IMG/VR virus record: IMGVR_UViG_3300037422_000301
Coordinates: 1-36,274 of that record
Length of the DNA stretch: 36,274 bases
Reading direction: 5' to 3' (one strand)
Source of the DNA: a virus
Taxonomy: Duplodnaviria; Caudoviricetes
In this document: positions 16,422 to 26,496 of the stretch, piece by piece
Layout of the letters: each line of letters starts with the position of its first letter
Numbering within the stretch: position 1 is the stretch's first letter
Notes under the pieces: generated by a model
Databases searched by the model: none
Seen by the model: the letters and a program-made list of their open reading frames with translations, nothing else
Told to the model about the DNA's origin: nothing
Program-made: the position numbers and the translations under genes

Positions 16422-16752
16422 TGTCCTTTTCCAGAGCAGTTAAAACGTTCTGATTGAGGCCGCGAACGGCGGCCGCTTCGATCACCGGCAGCAATTCCGC
16501 TGCAACGACGGGATTGATCCCCAGCGCCGCCGCGAACGCCAGCCCCGTGCCCAAGTCCCAGCCGATTATCGCGCCGTCAAGTGCCACGCGGAGTTGTCCA
16601 CCCATCTTGAGGGCCAAATCCCAGACTTGCCAACCTTCAAGCGTGTGCGGCGCGTTTATCCGTGATGGACAATCGGAGCATGTTGCGTTGCAGGCACCGC
16701 AATATCCTGCGCCTCCGCCGAAGTGCCATGCGGCGAGGGCGCGGAGGCGTTT
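16414..16752 (-). CDS. Tail assembly chaperone, frameshifted (gpT-like) segment
   Basis: -1 frame is open from the slippery A7 run (16750-16756): KRLRALAAWHFGGGAGYCGACNATCSDCP...EGWQVWDLALKMGGQLRV..., ending at 16414. Confidence 0.8.
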   Translation of the reverse strand, partial: KRLRALAAWHFGGGAGYCGACNATCSDCPSRINAPHTLEGWQVWDLALKMGGQLRVALDGAIIGWDLGTGLAFAAALGINPVVAAELLPVIEAAAVRGLNQNVLTALEKDNG

Positions 16753-17090
16753 TTTTCCGATTCCAGATTGAGCCAGGGGACGACGTAGTTCGCTTCGAAG
16801 GCGCGATAGAGCGGGAACAAGTCCATGAGAGCGGAAGCGGCAGCGGGCGTCACGGGAAGTTCCTTCCCGTCCTCGTCACCTACGCCCTCCCATTCGATGA
16901 TGACGCGCGAGGCGACCGCCTTGGCGAAGCGCAGCGCCTGCTCGGTAGGCGACAAGAGTGCCGCGTCTTCAAGCGCCATGTCGCCGCGAAGACTGATCAG
17001 CACCGCCGAGGTCAGCGGAAGTGCCAGCGCCCGCACACCATGGCCGAGGTCCAGCCACTTGGGTTCAGCCGAAAGATTGAGCCTGATCAT
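16656..17090 (-). CDS. Tail assembly chaperone (gpG-like)
   Basis: Between tail tube and tape measure. MIRLNL...P.WLDLG.GVR, WEGVGD.DG, and EKN slippery codons. Confidence 0.85.
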   Translation of the reverse strand: MIRLNLSAEPKWLDLGHGVRALALPLTSAVLISLRGDMALEDAALLSPTEQALRFAKAVASRVIIEWEGVGDEDGKELPVTPAAASALMDLFPLYRAFEANYVVPWLNLESEKNASAPSPHGTSAEAQDIAVPATQHAPIVHHG

Positions 17091-18028
17091 CAGTAGCTCA
17101 CCACATCGTTAATGAGGACAGCGGTGCACATGCGCCCCAGCACGGGATCGCGCGCCGCCTGCCAGTTGAATGTTGCCTGCACCCCTTGAGGCCCCTGCAC
17201 TGCCAGCTTGGGCTTCGGCAGGAAGACCTCGTGCACGGTGAAAGTGAAGCTCTCGCTCGCCGACTTCACGAACGAGAATTCCAGTTCGGCGGCACTTCCG
17301 GCGATTGCCTGATTGAGCAGCGTCTGGTCGGCAAAACGCACCACGATTGAGCCGGTCAGGGCCGCAATCGAGGGATCGGCGCCATCGATCTTGCCGTCGG
17401 CACGGATCGTCTCGATGCGGTCGAGATTGTTGGAATAGTTGATCTGGGCTGAGACCACATTGCCGAGGCTCACGCCGTTGCGCTTGACCGCACCATTGAA
17501 CTGGCCGAAGCGGGTGAGCGTCCAGTCGGTGGGCGTGCCTGCTCCCGTTGCTGCAGCCACGGACTCGCCCTGGGCGATGAGGCCGACGCTCGCGGTCAAG
17601 AGCCCCGCATGCTGCATTTGCCATGACAGCGTGTTGACGACACAGCCCACGTTCATGCCGAAGTGCGGAACCTCGGGCATGCCAAGCTCGATGGCGAGCG
17701 ACGGCAAGGTAAATGAGCCCGAGCGGAATTCGTGATTGTAAGGTCCGGCGCCCGTGGTGATCGGCGCGCCGAAGGAGCCCTTGAGCCACATTCCAAAGGC
17801 GCGGGAATCAAGGGGCACCACAACATCGCCATCGGCTGTGATGGCATCGAGCACCGGGGCGAGCGGATCGCGGCCATAGCCGAGCAATTCTGAAGCAAGC
17901 AGCGGCTGCTCGGAGCCCAGCGATGCGCTGGCGAACGGCATCTTGAAATAGCCGCTCGCCGGCGGCGTGCCATAGATAGTCTCGAACGCGGCGGCGAGTT
18001 GCGCCCGCGCCCCTTGGGCTCGTGCCAT
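17090..18028 (-). CDS. Tail tube protein
   Basis: MARAQGARAQLA.AFE..YG, ELLGYGRDP, GP.GVQATF.WQAA. GGAGG RBS. Confidence 0.88.
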   Translation of the reverse strand: MARAQGARAQLAAAFETIYGTPPASGYFKMPFASASLGSEQPLLASELLGYGRDPLAPVLDAITADGDVVVPLDSRAFGMWLKGSFGAPITTGAGPYNHEFRSGSFTLPSLAIELGMPEVPHFGMNVGCVVNTLSWQMQHAGLLTASVGLIAQGESVAAATGAGTPTDWTLTRFGQFNGAVKRNGVSLGNVVSAQINYSNNLDRIETIRADGKIDGADPSIAALTGSIVVRFADQTLLNQAIAGSAAELEFSFVKSASESFTFTVHEVFLPKPKLAVQGPQGVQATFNWQAARDPVLGRMCTAVLINDVVSY

Positions 18029-18054
18029 GGATTACCTCCGTGAATGTATCTTGG

Positions 18055-18486
18055 TTATGAGAGGGGATCACTCGTCCCGTAGTGCAGGATGATCGGCAGT
18101 GTTGCTGCCTTGAAGCCGGGCGCGCCCTCGACAATCACATCGACAGGCACGGGCGCGGCGGTTTCGGCATAATCGCAAAGACCGCCAAACGTCCGGTCGG
18201 CGGCAATGGCCGCGCCAATCGCCTGCATGATGTTGTCAAACAGGACATCACGCGCGGCCGGTGTTGTGGCATCGACCAGCACATCGGCGTCGGCGCGGTG
18301 TTCGTAAACGTATTCCGGCGGCGACAGCAGCACTTCCGGTTCGCCGGGTTCGCCATCGCGCAGAATGACCATGCCGCCCGCCGGAATGCGTTCGGGCAGA
18401 TTGCCGTTGCGCAGGACCGTGGGGCCAGCGATCCCTGAGAGCAGTGTGAACAGTGCTTGCAAGACTGTCTCGCGCTTCGTCGCCAT
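18055..18486 (-). CDS. Tail terminator / completion protein
   Basis: RE.VL.AL, LPERIP.GG..ILRDG.PGEP, DRT.GGLCD. Immediately upstream of the tail tube. Confidence 0.75.
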   Translation of the reverse strand: MATKRETVLQALFTLLSGIAGPTVLRNGNLPERIPAGGMVILRDGEPGEPEVLLSPPEYVYEHRADADVLVDATTPAARDVLFDNIMQAIGAAIAADRTFGGLCDYAETAAPVPVDVIVEGAPGFKAATLPIILHYGTSDPLS

Positions 18487-19133
18487 CAGCGTTGCTCCGC
18501 CTTGATGTCGGGCCAGTTCTGCACAACCAGCGCCGGAAGCCGGTCACGCCATTCCTGCGTCACCGCATCGAGATCGAGACGCTTCGTCAGCCGCACCTGC
18601 GGCACAAGCAGAAAGATCACCGCCGAAACTTGTCCGCGGCCCGTCTTGGAACGCGAGGCCTTTGCAAGCCCACCCTTGTTGATACGGGCCTGATCAGCCA
18701 CGAGCAGGCTGGGTCGTCCCCGGCGATAGATGAAGCGCAGCCGGATGCCGGTGCGCCGTTCCCATTCGCCAGGCGTGATCCTGCCGCCCCTCGCGCCCTT
18801 GCCCGCAGCCTCGGTGGGGATCGAGAGCCAGAAGCCGTCCTTGGACCGAACGACCGCACCATCGGCGTGCGCGCCGACAATATGCGAAGCGCGTGAGTAG
18901 ACAAGCGCCGCGGCGGATATGCTCGTCCCGCCTTTCGGATAGTATTGATCGCGGATGGTACGGCCCAATCGCTCACCCAGCCCAGCGCCCGCGATCTGCG
19001 CGCGCCATCCTGCCTTGACGCCCGCACCCGCCAGGCGGATTGCTGCCGTGACCGCGCGCTCGGCGCCTTTGACCTCGGCGACGAGCTCGCGCTCGAGGTC
19101 GCCGACGACCGATGCCTGAACTCGTGCGTTCAT
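18486..19133 (-). CDS. Neck/tail completion protein (DUF6441-like)
   Basis: WR.QI..AGLG.RL, G.WL.IPT, IFLLVPQV.L.KRLD. Gene position. Confidence 0.75.
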   Translation of the reverse strand: MNARVQASVVGDLERELVAEVKGAERAVTAAIRLAGAGVKAGWRAQIAGAGLGERLGRTIRDQYYPKGGTSISAAALVYSRASHIVGAHADGAVVRSKDGFWLSIPTEAAGKGARGGRITPGEWERRTGIRLRFIYRRGRPSLLVADQARINKGGLAKASRSKTGRGQVSAVIFLLVPQVRLTKRLDLDAVTQEWRDRLPALVVQNWPDIKAEQR

Positions 19134-19444
19134 GCCGCCCGGACTTCCGCCGTCCAGATCAGGTTGTCGTCATCGGCGAGCGGCTCGCCCTGCACAACGT
19201 AGGTGATACTTGCGATCTCAAAAGTATCACCTGCTTGGAGCGATGGTACTTCTGTAATGCGCACATCGACAAAGCGGACCGCCGCGACGAAGCGGCCGCC
19301 GCCAAAATTGGCGACTTGATCCGGCGCGCGAAAGACAACCCGAACCAATATGCCACCGCCGGCGCCGCCCGCACGCCATGTCGCGTCCTTCCCGATATTC
19401 GGGTCGGCGAACAGCACGTCAACGGCGGCGGCGATGGCATTCAT
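19130..19444 (-). CDS. Head-tail joining protein
   Basis: LFADPN, GD...I....Y.VQGEP..D...L.W. Gene position. Confidence 0.75.
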   Translation of the reverse strand: MNAIAAAVDVLFADPNIGKDATWRAGGAGGGILVRVVFRAPDQVANFGGGRFVAAVRFVDVRITEVPSLQAGDTFEIASITYVVQGEPLADDDNLIWTAEVRAA

Positions 19445-19446
19445 GG

Positions 19447-19782
19447 CTAGAACGAGCCGCTAAGACGCACTCGCCCGATAGTTTCGCCCGCGCCGTTACC
19501 GACTGCGACGACCGCGACGCCGATCTTGGTGTTCGCGCCAACGGTCGTGGTGCAGTTCTTCGCCGCGTTGTCCCAATAGATCGCGGCGCCGACGGTCCAC
19601 GCTTGCGTACCGGCTTTCGTGAGATCGAAGACGCCGGTGGTCTTGAGGGCCACGTCCGCGCCATTCGCGGCGTCGGCTTTGGCCACGCCGAACATGGTGC
19701 CAACAAGCGCGCCCTGGCCGGAAGTCAGCGCATAGGGTGCGGCGGCGACAATCGTGTCGCCCGCCTGAATGTAGTTTTTCAT
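19447..19782 (-). CDS. DUF2190 capsid cement/decoration protein
   Basis: MKNYIQ.G, GVF.L.K, G..IYWD...K.CTT, IGVA. Follows the capsid gene. Confidence 0.88.
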   Translation of the reverse strand: MKNYIQAGDTIVAAAPYALTSGQGALVGTMFGVAKADAANGADVALKTTGVFDLTKAGTQAWTVGAAIYWDNAAKNCTTTVGANTKIGVAVVAVGNGAGETIGRVRLSGSF

Positions 19783-19828
19783 GGGAAGTTCTCCTGAATT
19801 GGACCCGGTTCAGTCAATCGGCGACGGA

Positions 19829-21847
19829 TTAGACGCCTACGTTCTTGAACAGGCCGCGATAGTCGAGCGCCTTGGCCGCGAAATCGTGCCTGATCTTGAT
19901 TTCGACGCCATCGACCTCGAAACCTGCGCGCTGGTCGATGAACGGTTCGGCCTGCCCTTCGAGGTGGGCGTATTCGACCGTATCGACCAGGTTCTGATCG
20001 GCGGCGAGGTACCAGGGCTGCGGTCCCCCGGAGATGAACAGGCGCGGCTCCTCGATGACTTCGAGGGCACCCGTGAAGGGATTCACGTCGGAAGCCTTCG
20101 CGGGCGTCGTCGCGGCCAGCATCTTGCGGGCCTCGATGGACCGTGAGCCCGGCGGCACGATGATGTAGCGCGGGCGGGCATCGATATACTCCTTGTCGGC
20201 GCCAGCGCCGTCGCCAAGGTCTTTCTGCGTTGCCATTTTCTCCCAGGCTTCGCCCAGCGCCGTTTCGCTGATGACCGCCGCCGTGCCGAGGTTGTTATGG
20301 GTCGCATGAAACAGCGCCACGGTGTCGGCCAATGCAGCGTTGGCGATCAGCACGTTGTAGACGATGGCCGATTCCATATCGGCGGCGCGCTGGCCGGCGG
20401 ACGAAAGGGCGCGGTCAAAGGCGCGGAGATCATCATTGATGATCGCCTGCCGGGTGAGTGCCACGATGCGGCCATAGGTGGCGAGCTGGTAGGTCTCGCG
20501 GCCTTCGGCAATCGAGCCGTAGCTAAATTCAGCGCCTTCCATCACTGCCTTGAGCGCCGGGAAGTTGCCGACCTGCGTCGGGTACATCGGCTTGAAGTCG
20601 GTGGCGGTCGTGCCGCGCGCCCATTTCTGGAAGGTGCGCGGCGTCCCCGCGTAGGACTGGCGCAGGCGCTTGCCGGCAACCGCCGCCATGATCAGAGGAA
20701 AGTCGGAAGTGGACATCATTCCAGTCGCACGGGTTGCCTGATGAGAAATCTCATTCGGGGTAAGCCCACGCGTGCGGACGCCTGCCGCTTCCAGGCATTC
20801 GCGCGCCACGTCGATCAATCGCATGCCGCGATATTCGCGGGCGCGGTCGGTCACGGCGAAGGCCTGCGGCTGGGCGCGGTGCAATACCGCTTCGGCGATG
20901 GCCTCGCGGCGCGTTACCGTGGCATCGAGGCCACCTGCGGGCATGGAAATCTGTGAATGGCCCAGCCCACGCGCATCGCGCTCGGCCAGCCGGTCGAGGA
21001 TTTCCTTGCGGGCATCGGCGACCGGCACGTTGCGCTTGACCAGATCGTCGGCAATGGCGCGGTCCAGCTTGAACTGATCCACAAGGCCGCTGATCGTGGT
21101 AATGCGATCCCGTTCCACCGCGCGGATTTGATCGGCATTGAACTCGGGCGCGGCGGGCGCCTGCGGTGCAGCGCGGGCTTCCAGATGCGTGGTTTCCGGG
21201 GCGTTACCCGGAACAACAGTGTTAGGCATGGTGTTCTCCATGGTTTCGGGATTGCCCCGGTCGAGGAATTCGACAGGGAAGGAATGCTCGAAGGATTTCG
21301 AACGAACTTGCGCGCCGGGATCGGCCGGGATCGAAACGAAACTGATCTCCATCGGCGTCCAGCGTTCGACGTACCAACGCTCCGGCTCGCCTTCGCGAGC
21401 GGGCGGCTCCTTGCGAACCCTGTCAACCGAGTAGCCAACCGAGACGTTGCGGATGATCTTGTCGTTGACCATGCCGAACATGCGGTCGGACGCCTGATCG
21501 ACACCCGCCTGCGGAAACCGGACGGTCGCCTTACCCTCGCCGCCTTCAAGCCAGGCGCGGTCAACCACCGCGATCTGCGATTCGGTTGACCAGTTGTCGT
21601 GGCTGTCCAGAACCGGCGCGCCGCCCGACATGCGTTCCATGTTGACGGAATCAGCCGTGACAACGAGGATTTCGTCATATTCGACGACGCGGTCGCGCGC
21701 CCAATCCCAGCGGCGGCGGCGCACCGGGGCGCCGGTCGTCCAGACCAGATCGACGGTCCGGCTTTCGGCATTGATCGCCGAGACTGGGGCGCGGCGGGTC
21801 TGCATCGGAAGCGCATCGCGGCGCTCCCCATGTGCTGCATTGGGCAT
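19829..21847 (-). CDS. Prohead protease / major capsid fusion protein
   Basis: N-terminal protease motifs (VLDSH, VSVGY, EISFV.IPAD). C-terminal capsid motifs (STSDFP, TYGR...LTRQAIINDDL, DTVEYA.L.G, DYRG). Confidence 0.92.
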   Translation of the reverse strand: MPNAAHGERRDALPMQTRRAPVSAINAESRTVDLVWTTGAPVRRRRWDWARDRVVEYDEILVVTADSVNMERMSGGAPVLDSHDNWSTESQIAVVDRAWLEGGEGKATVRFPQAGVDQASDRMFGMVNDKIIRNVSVGYSVDRVRKEPPAREGEPERWYVERWTPMEISFVSIPADPGAQVRSKSFEHSFPVEFLDRGNPETMENTMPNTVVPGNAPETTHLEARAAPQAPAAPEFNADQIRAVERDRITTISGLVDQFKLDRAIADDLVKRNVPVADARKEILDRLAERDARGLGHSQISMPAGGLDATVTRREAIAEAVLHRAQPQAFAVTDRAREYRGMRLIDVARECLEAAGVRTRGLTPNEISHQATRATGMMSTSDFPLIMAAVAGKRLRQSYAGTPRTFQKWARGTTATDFKPMYPTQVGNFPALKAVMEGAEFSYGSIAEGRETYQLATYGRIVALTRQAIINDDLRAFDRALSSAGQRAADMESAIVYNVLIANAALADTVALFHATHNNLGTAAVISETALGEAWEKMATQKDLGDGAGADKEYIDARPRYIIVPPGSRSIEARKMLAATTPAKASDVNPFTGALEVIEEPRLFISGGPQPWYLAADQNLVDTVEYAHLEGQAEPFIDQRAGFEVDGVEIKIRHDFAAKALDYRGLFKNVGV

Positions 21848-21861
21848 TGCTGCCTCCCTGA

Positions 21862-23394
21862 TTAAGGTTTCTTCTTTGGCGCGGGCTTTTCGCCGGTTTC
21901 TGCGGCAGGCTCCTGTTGATAGAGGCCCTGCTGTGTGACCTTGCGCGGATCGCTGTCGAGGATGATGCCGAGGGCATCGAGCTTGGCATTCGTCGCGGCG
22001 ATCTCGGCCAGAATATCGTCAAGGTCTTCGCCCTGGCGTCCGACGACGCGGGTCAGGGACGTGGCGCCCATGCGCATCATCATCAGATCTGCGCGGGCAT
22101 CATCGAGCGGGTTGAGATACTCAAATCGCGGCGGCGACCACTTGACTGGAATCTTCGGGCTCGGCACGAGCCCCGCAACATAGGCAGCCGCGATGAACCA
22201 ATCCCAGACCGGCTGGCAGAGCACCGGAATGACGACATGCCACTGGATCGCCTCCACAATGCGCCGGAATTCGACAATCCCCGCGCGGATCGAAGAGTAG
22301 TTCACCTGCGAAAGATCGCCGGTCAGAAGTTCATACGGAATGCGAAAGCCAGCCGCGACAATGTGATGTTGGGCGCGAAGCCACTCGCTCACACCCGCCG
22401 TTGCCGCCGGCTGATTGAACTTGATGTCCTTGCCACCGCGCGCGTAGGCGATGAGCCCAGGTTCGAACTGCTCGATCCTCTTTCCGTCAGCATCGACAAC
22501 CGCGGGCGCCATGCCCTGATCGGCGTCATCGCCGCCTGTCACGACGCCAACGAGACAGGCTTCGGTTTTCTTGCGCGTGAGTTCCGCATTGGTCCAGTCG
22601 TCAAGGTCACGGAGCGCCCGCATCACCGGCGCGCCCCAGGGGACGCCACGCTGCTGCACCCGGTCGCGCCGGAACAGGTGGACGATACCGTCGGCGGGGA
22701 TCAGGACCGAGGTAAAGCCACGCGAGAGGGGAACGGCAATGTCACCCGGATGATCCGGGAATAGCCAGTATCCGGTACGCCGGCCGAGCGCGTCATAGGC
22801 GATGCCGCGTACCGTGCGGCCTCCGTCGCTTCGTCCATCTATCTTCGATTCGTCCAGATGGTCCGCCTCGTTCAGTTGAACCTGAAGTGGCACAGGAAGC
22901 CCGTCGCTTGCGCGGCAGGATCGGCGGCGGGCGAAGATTTCCCCCGCTTCGACCATGCCTGAAACCGCCAGCGCCTGGAGGCCATAGAAGTCATTGCGGC
23001 CATCGGCGTCGCAAACACTCGACCACGCATCGAAAAGCGTGTTGATTTTCTTGTCGAGCGCCGCGTTGCCCGACGCGGCCCGAGGCGTAATGCCGGAGCC
23101 GACGATATTGCTTACCCACGCGCTGACCGCTTTCGCCGCATGAGGATTGTTGCGCACGAGATCGCGCATGCGGTTGCGCAGGATCGCGCCGGCCGAGCCG
23201 ATTTCGGCGTCCGCCGACCCACCGCCCGAGCGCCAGCCGTCGGTACGCCGTCCTCCAGCGGCGCCGTCATAGCCGCGCTTCGCCAGGCCATCGAACGCCT
23301 GGCGGGCGAGCAGCCGTTTTACGGCGGCGCGGGGTGCTACCGCCGCGACCATGCGATCAAGCATGGAGGGCGGCATGATATTCGCCTGCTTCAT
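21862..23394 (-). CDS. Portal protein, lambda family
   Basis: YDGA..GRR, RDLVRNN, Q.RGVPW, YE.LTGD.S.VNYSS.R. Confidence 0.95.
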   Translation of the reverse strand: MKQANIMPPSMLDRMVAAVAPRAAVKRLLARQAFDGLAKRGYDGAAGGRRTDGWRSGGGSADAEIGSAGAILRNRMRDLVRNNPHAAKAVSAWVSNIVGSGITPRAASGNAALDKKINTLFDAWSSVCDADGRNDFYGLQALAVSGMVEAGEIFARRRSCRASDGLPVPLQVQLNEADHLDESKIDGRSDGGRTVRGIAYDALGRRTGYWLFPDHPGDIAVPLSRGFTSVLIPADGIVHLFRRDRVQQRGVPWGAPVMRALRDLDDWTNAELTRKKTEACLVGVVTGGDDADQGMAPAVVDADGKRIEQFEPGLIAYARGGKDIKFNQPAATAGVSEWLRAQHHIVAAGFRIPYELLTGDLSQVNYSSIRAGIVEFRRIVEAIQWHVVIPVLCQPVWDWFIAAAYVAGLVPSPKIPVKWSPPRFEYLNPLDDARADLMMMRMGATSLTRVVGRQGEDLDDILAEIAATNAKLDALGIILDSDPRKVTQQGLYQQEPAAETGEKPAPKKKP

Positions 23395-23600
23395 CGATCA
23401 CCACGCCCAAACCTGGCATAGCCCGCAACCGGGCGGGGTGTGCCCGAGGCCGCGCTGATCGCGTTCTCGATTGTCTGAATGCGCTTGAGTAGATCGTCGG
23501 CCGAGCCATATTCAACGGTCTTGCCGTTATAGGTGACGCGCAATGTGCCCGACGCATAGGCGCGGCGGAGCGCATCCAACTCGGCCTGCGACCAGCTCAT
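23391..23600 (-). CDS. gpW-like head completion protein
   Basis: L..A.ASG.LRV.Y.GK.VEY.S. Between terL and portal. Confidence 0.85.
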   Translation of the reverse strand: MSWSQAELDALRRAYASGTLRVTYNGKTVEYGSADDLLKRIQTIENAISAASGTPRPVAGYARFGRGDR

Positions 23601-25606
23601 CTAAACCATCCACTTTCTTTGCGTCCGCCGAACCAGTCCGAATTGCGCTTTTCTCCGGACCGCGCTTGTGGCCGCACCTGCCCGGCGGGCTGTTCTAGTG
23701 GCCTGTCGGCGGCAACCTGCTGTTCCAGCGCCTGCCATTTTTCATCCTGCCAGCGGTCAATTCCGAGCAGCCATGCGGCGGCGCGGGCATAGACCCGGCA
23801 ATCGAGCGCCTCATTGCGTTCACGCGTCTGCCGCCATTCGAGTTTTGAGAAGCCGCGGCGATCTCGAACCGTCACCAGCTGTTCGGCGGTCAACTGCTTC
23901 ACCCATTCAGAGGTGATGCCGGAAGGCAGATGTATGAATCCATCGGAGAAGGCGATGCCGTCCCGCAAGTCCTCGTCCGTCGGCCTCTCAAGGCGCAGGA
24001 AGCGGTAGGTCTCCGATTTGAAGACCGCGACCGAAACCTTCCAGAGCTTCACGCCGCGCCGGATTTTCTGGCCGTTTTCGGTGGCGTCCACATAGGTAGG
24101 CCCATCGACGGGCGACGAGCGGTCAAAACCGTCCATGCCCTTGATCGCCACCGCGACGCCAGCACCGAACCTGCGGACCCAGCCATAAACCTGCGATGTT
24201 GAACGGCCATCGCCAGAGTCAATTGCCAGGCGCGCAATCCGCATTGGTGCGCCGCCCTCGTGGAGCCACGAGGTGGAGAGCAGTGCCGTAAGCCTGTCCC
24301 ACACGCCACCGTGCGACGTGTCCCCCTCAAGGACCACATGATCGGCAAGCCAACTTTCAAGCCCGCGGCCCCAGGCCCAGACATCGACCTCAATGCGGTC
24401 GTGCTGCACATCGGCGCCGGCGGTGATCACCAGCGCACCATGCGGCACGATCCTGAGATCGTGATCCTTCACCCTGTCGTACAGCCGTTGCCAGTCGGGC
24501 GCTTCGCCGCGTTCCTGCCACGTCTCGCCGAGCAGCGTGTTCTTTGCCGCCTTCAAGGCCGCGTCGTTGCCTTGAGCGGCCTCCCATTCACGGGCGATAG
24601 TCTCCCAGGCAAGCCAGCCCACGGGCGAATAGAGACCGGAAATATGAAAGCCGATAACATGCGGGTCCGAACATTCCGCCGTCGCCCGCCATTCCCCGGC
24701 CGCGAGCATCGCCGTCTTGTGGTGCTCGGCGATGCATTGGTCGCATTCCTCGCACACGTATTGGGCGGTTTGAGGTTGCCCCTTCTCCCAGCGCAGGCGC
24801 TCGAACTTCAGCCATTGCTTCGCCCCGCAGTGGGGGCATGGAACAAAATACCGCCGTTGGTCGCTCGCCTCGTACTCGCGCTCGATGCGCGACAGGCCCT
24901 TGATCGTCGGCGTCGAAACCATGAACACCTTCCGGCGGTGACCAAACGTTCGTGTGCGGGCCTCCGCCAATGCGAGAGGATCGCCTTCGCCATCGACATC
25001 GCCGGGATAGGCGTCAACCTCATCCAGAAACAGCCACCGCGCGGGCATGGAACGAAGCCCCACTGCGCTGTTGGCGCCGGTCAGGACGAGCTGCCCGCCC
25101 GCGAATTTCTTGGCCAGCACCGTGTTGCCGGAGTCGCGCGTGCGCGAAGGCATCACGATGTCCCGCAACTCCGGGCTTTCCTCGATCAGCGGCTCAATGC
25201 GCTGCTGCGACAGGCGCTTGGCGAGTTCCGTCGTCGGCTGGACCGCGAGAAATGGCCCTGGCGCCTGGTGGATGCAGTAGCCGATCCAGTTGTTCCCCGC
25301 TTCGGTCTTGCCAAGCTGTGCGCCCGACATGAATACAATCCGCCGCGCCGGATGCGACGGCGACAGCGCATCCATGATGTCCCGCATGTAGGGCGTGCGG
25401 TCGGTGCGATACTTGCCAGCTTCCGAGGACGCCCGCGACGAAAGCATGCGGTAGCGGTCGGCCCATTCCGAGACCGTCAGCGATGGATCAGGGGCAAGCC
25501 CCCGCGCCCAGGCGCGAACAATGTCGGCTTCGCCGTCGTAGGATTCACCGGAGTTCGAATTTGACGTCCGCGAGCTCGGTGAGATGCCGTCGGACATACT
25601 TTTCAA
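23597..25606 (-). CDS. terL: Terminase large subunit, lambda GpA family
   Basis: AQLGKTE, LFLDEVDAYP, STPT, YFVPCPHC, GADVQ, RNEALDC.VY. Exact start uncertain. Confidence 0.95.
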   Translation of the reverse strand: MKSMSDGISPSSRTSNSNSGESYDGEADIVRAWARGLAPDPSLTVSEWADRYRMLSSRASSEAGKYRTDRTPYMRDIMDALSPSHPARRIVFMSGAQLGKTEAGNNWIGYCIHQAPGPFLAVQPTTELAKRLSQQRIEPLIEESPELRDIVMPSRTRDSGNTVLAKKFAGGQLVLTGANSAVGLRSMPARWLFLDEVDAYPGDVDGEGDPLALAEARTRTFGHRRKVFMVSTPTIKGLSRIEREYEASDQRRYFVPCPHCGAKQWLKFERLRWEKGQPQTAQYVCEECDQCIAEHHKTAMLAAGEWRATAECSDPHVIGFHISGLYSPVGWLAWETIAREWEAAQGNDAALKAAKNTLLGETWQERGEAPDWQRLYDRVKDHDLRIVPHGALVITAGADVQHDRIEVDVWAWGRGLESWLADHVVLEGDTSHGGVWDRLTALLSTSWLHEGGAPMRIARLAIDSGDGRSTSQVYGWVRRFGAGVAVAIKGMDGFDRSSPVDGPTYVDATENGQKIRRGVKLWKVSVAVFKSETYRFLRLERPTDEDLRDGIAFSDGFIHLPSGITSEWVKQLTAEQLVTVRDRRGFSKLEWRQTRERNEALDCRVYARAAAWLLGIDRWQDEKWQALEQQVAADRPLEQPAGQVRPQARSGEKRNSDWFGGRKESGWFR

Positions 25607-26129
25607 GTACCGTTTCCATCTGGTGCGGTTCGACGTGCAACTCGGCCGCCATCAGCGCGGAAACACGCGCCGGCCATTGCACCCAGGCATCGCGCTCGCG
25701 CCGGGCGAGGCCGAAGATTGTTGCAACGGCGCGGGCGCGATCAACCAGTTCGCCCTTGATCTTTGCGAGGCGAACGCCCCGCTCCTGCACCTTGATGACT
25801 TCGTTCGCGGTGCGGGCGCGGAGGAAGGTCACGTCACCTTCTTTTTTCGCACCCGAGTCCTGCAACGTCTTCTGAACGGCATCAAGCGCCGTTCGGGTTA
25901 CCGGCTTGTCTTGAACGGGCGTGGCAGCGACCGTTGCCTTCGGCTCGATGGCCGCATGAACGCCACGCTGTTTCGCCGGGTCAGTCTTCGCGGCCCAGTC
26001 TTTGTCTGCTTTGACCGGATCAATTGTGCCGTCAGGCTCAAGCGCAATGCGCCCGGCGGCAATCGCCGCGCGAACGGCGTTTTCCGTTACGCCCCGATGG
26101 CGCGCGTATGCCCGCCGGGAAAGACCCAT
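25545..26129 (-). CDS. terS: Terminase small subunit (Nu1-like HTH)
   Basis: MGLS.RAYARHRGV...AV..AI..GRI, GELVD, AR.ERDAW..WP. Directly upstream of terL. Confidence 0.85.
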   Translation of the reverse strand: MGLSRRAYARHRGVTENAVRAAIAAGRIALEPDGTIDPVKADKDWAAKTDPAKQRGVHAAIEPKATVAATPVQDKPVTRTALDAVQKTLQDSGAKKEGDVTFLRARTANEVIKVQERGVRLAKIKGELVDRARAVATIFGLARRERDAWVQWPARVSALMAAELHVEPHQMETVLEKYVRRHLTELADVKFELR

Positions 26130-26232
26130 GCTGTCTGACCGCTCCCGATATGCTCCGTGAGCGGAGCGAGTTCTGTTGCTCTGTTTCGCGGGTCACGCCT
26201 GAGTGCTCCGGACATCAACCGGAGAAGCAAGA

Positions 26233-26496
26233 ATGCCTCGCAAGCCCCATCCCACCGACTGCCGCGACGCCGAAATCATCGGCAATGCGGTGCGCTTCGA
26301 AATATCCCTGTTCCTGGGCGTTGGCCGCTTCGCCACCGGCGCGGCGGCAACACTCACGGAAGCCCGCGTTGCGGCCGAGCGGCTCGCCGCCGCCAACCCA
26401 TCGAGCCGCAGGCCTCTGATTTACGCTATCGACGCGCAGGGCCGCGCGGCACCCATCGGCAACAGCATTCAACCACGGAAGGAGTGTGTATCGTGA
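26233..26496 (+). CDS. Hypothetical protein (counter-oriented operon gene 1)
   Basis: GGAGA RBS at 26221, ATG 26233, GTGA overlap with the next gene. Confidence 0.7.
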   Translation: MPRKPHPTDCRDAEIIGNAVRFEISLFLGVGRFATGAAATLTEARVAAERLAAANPSSRRPLIYAIDAQGRAAPIGNSIQPRKECVS

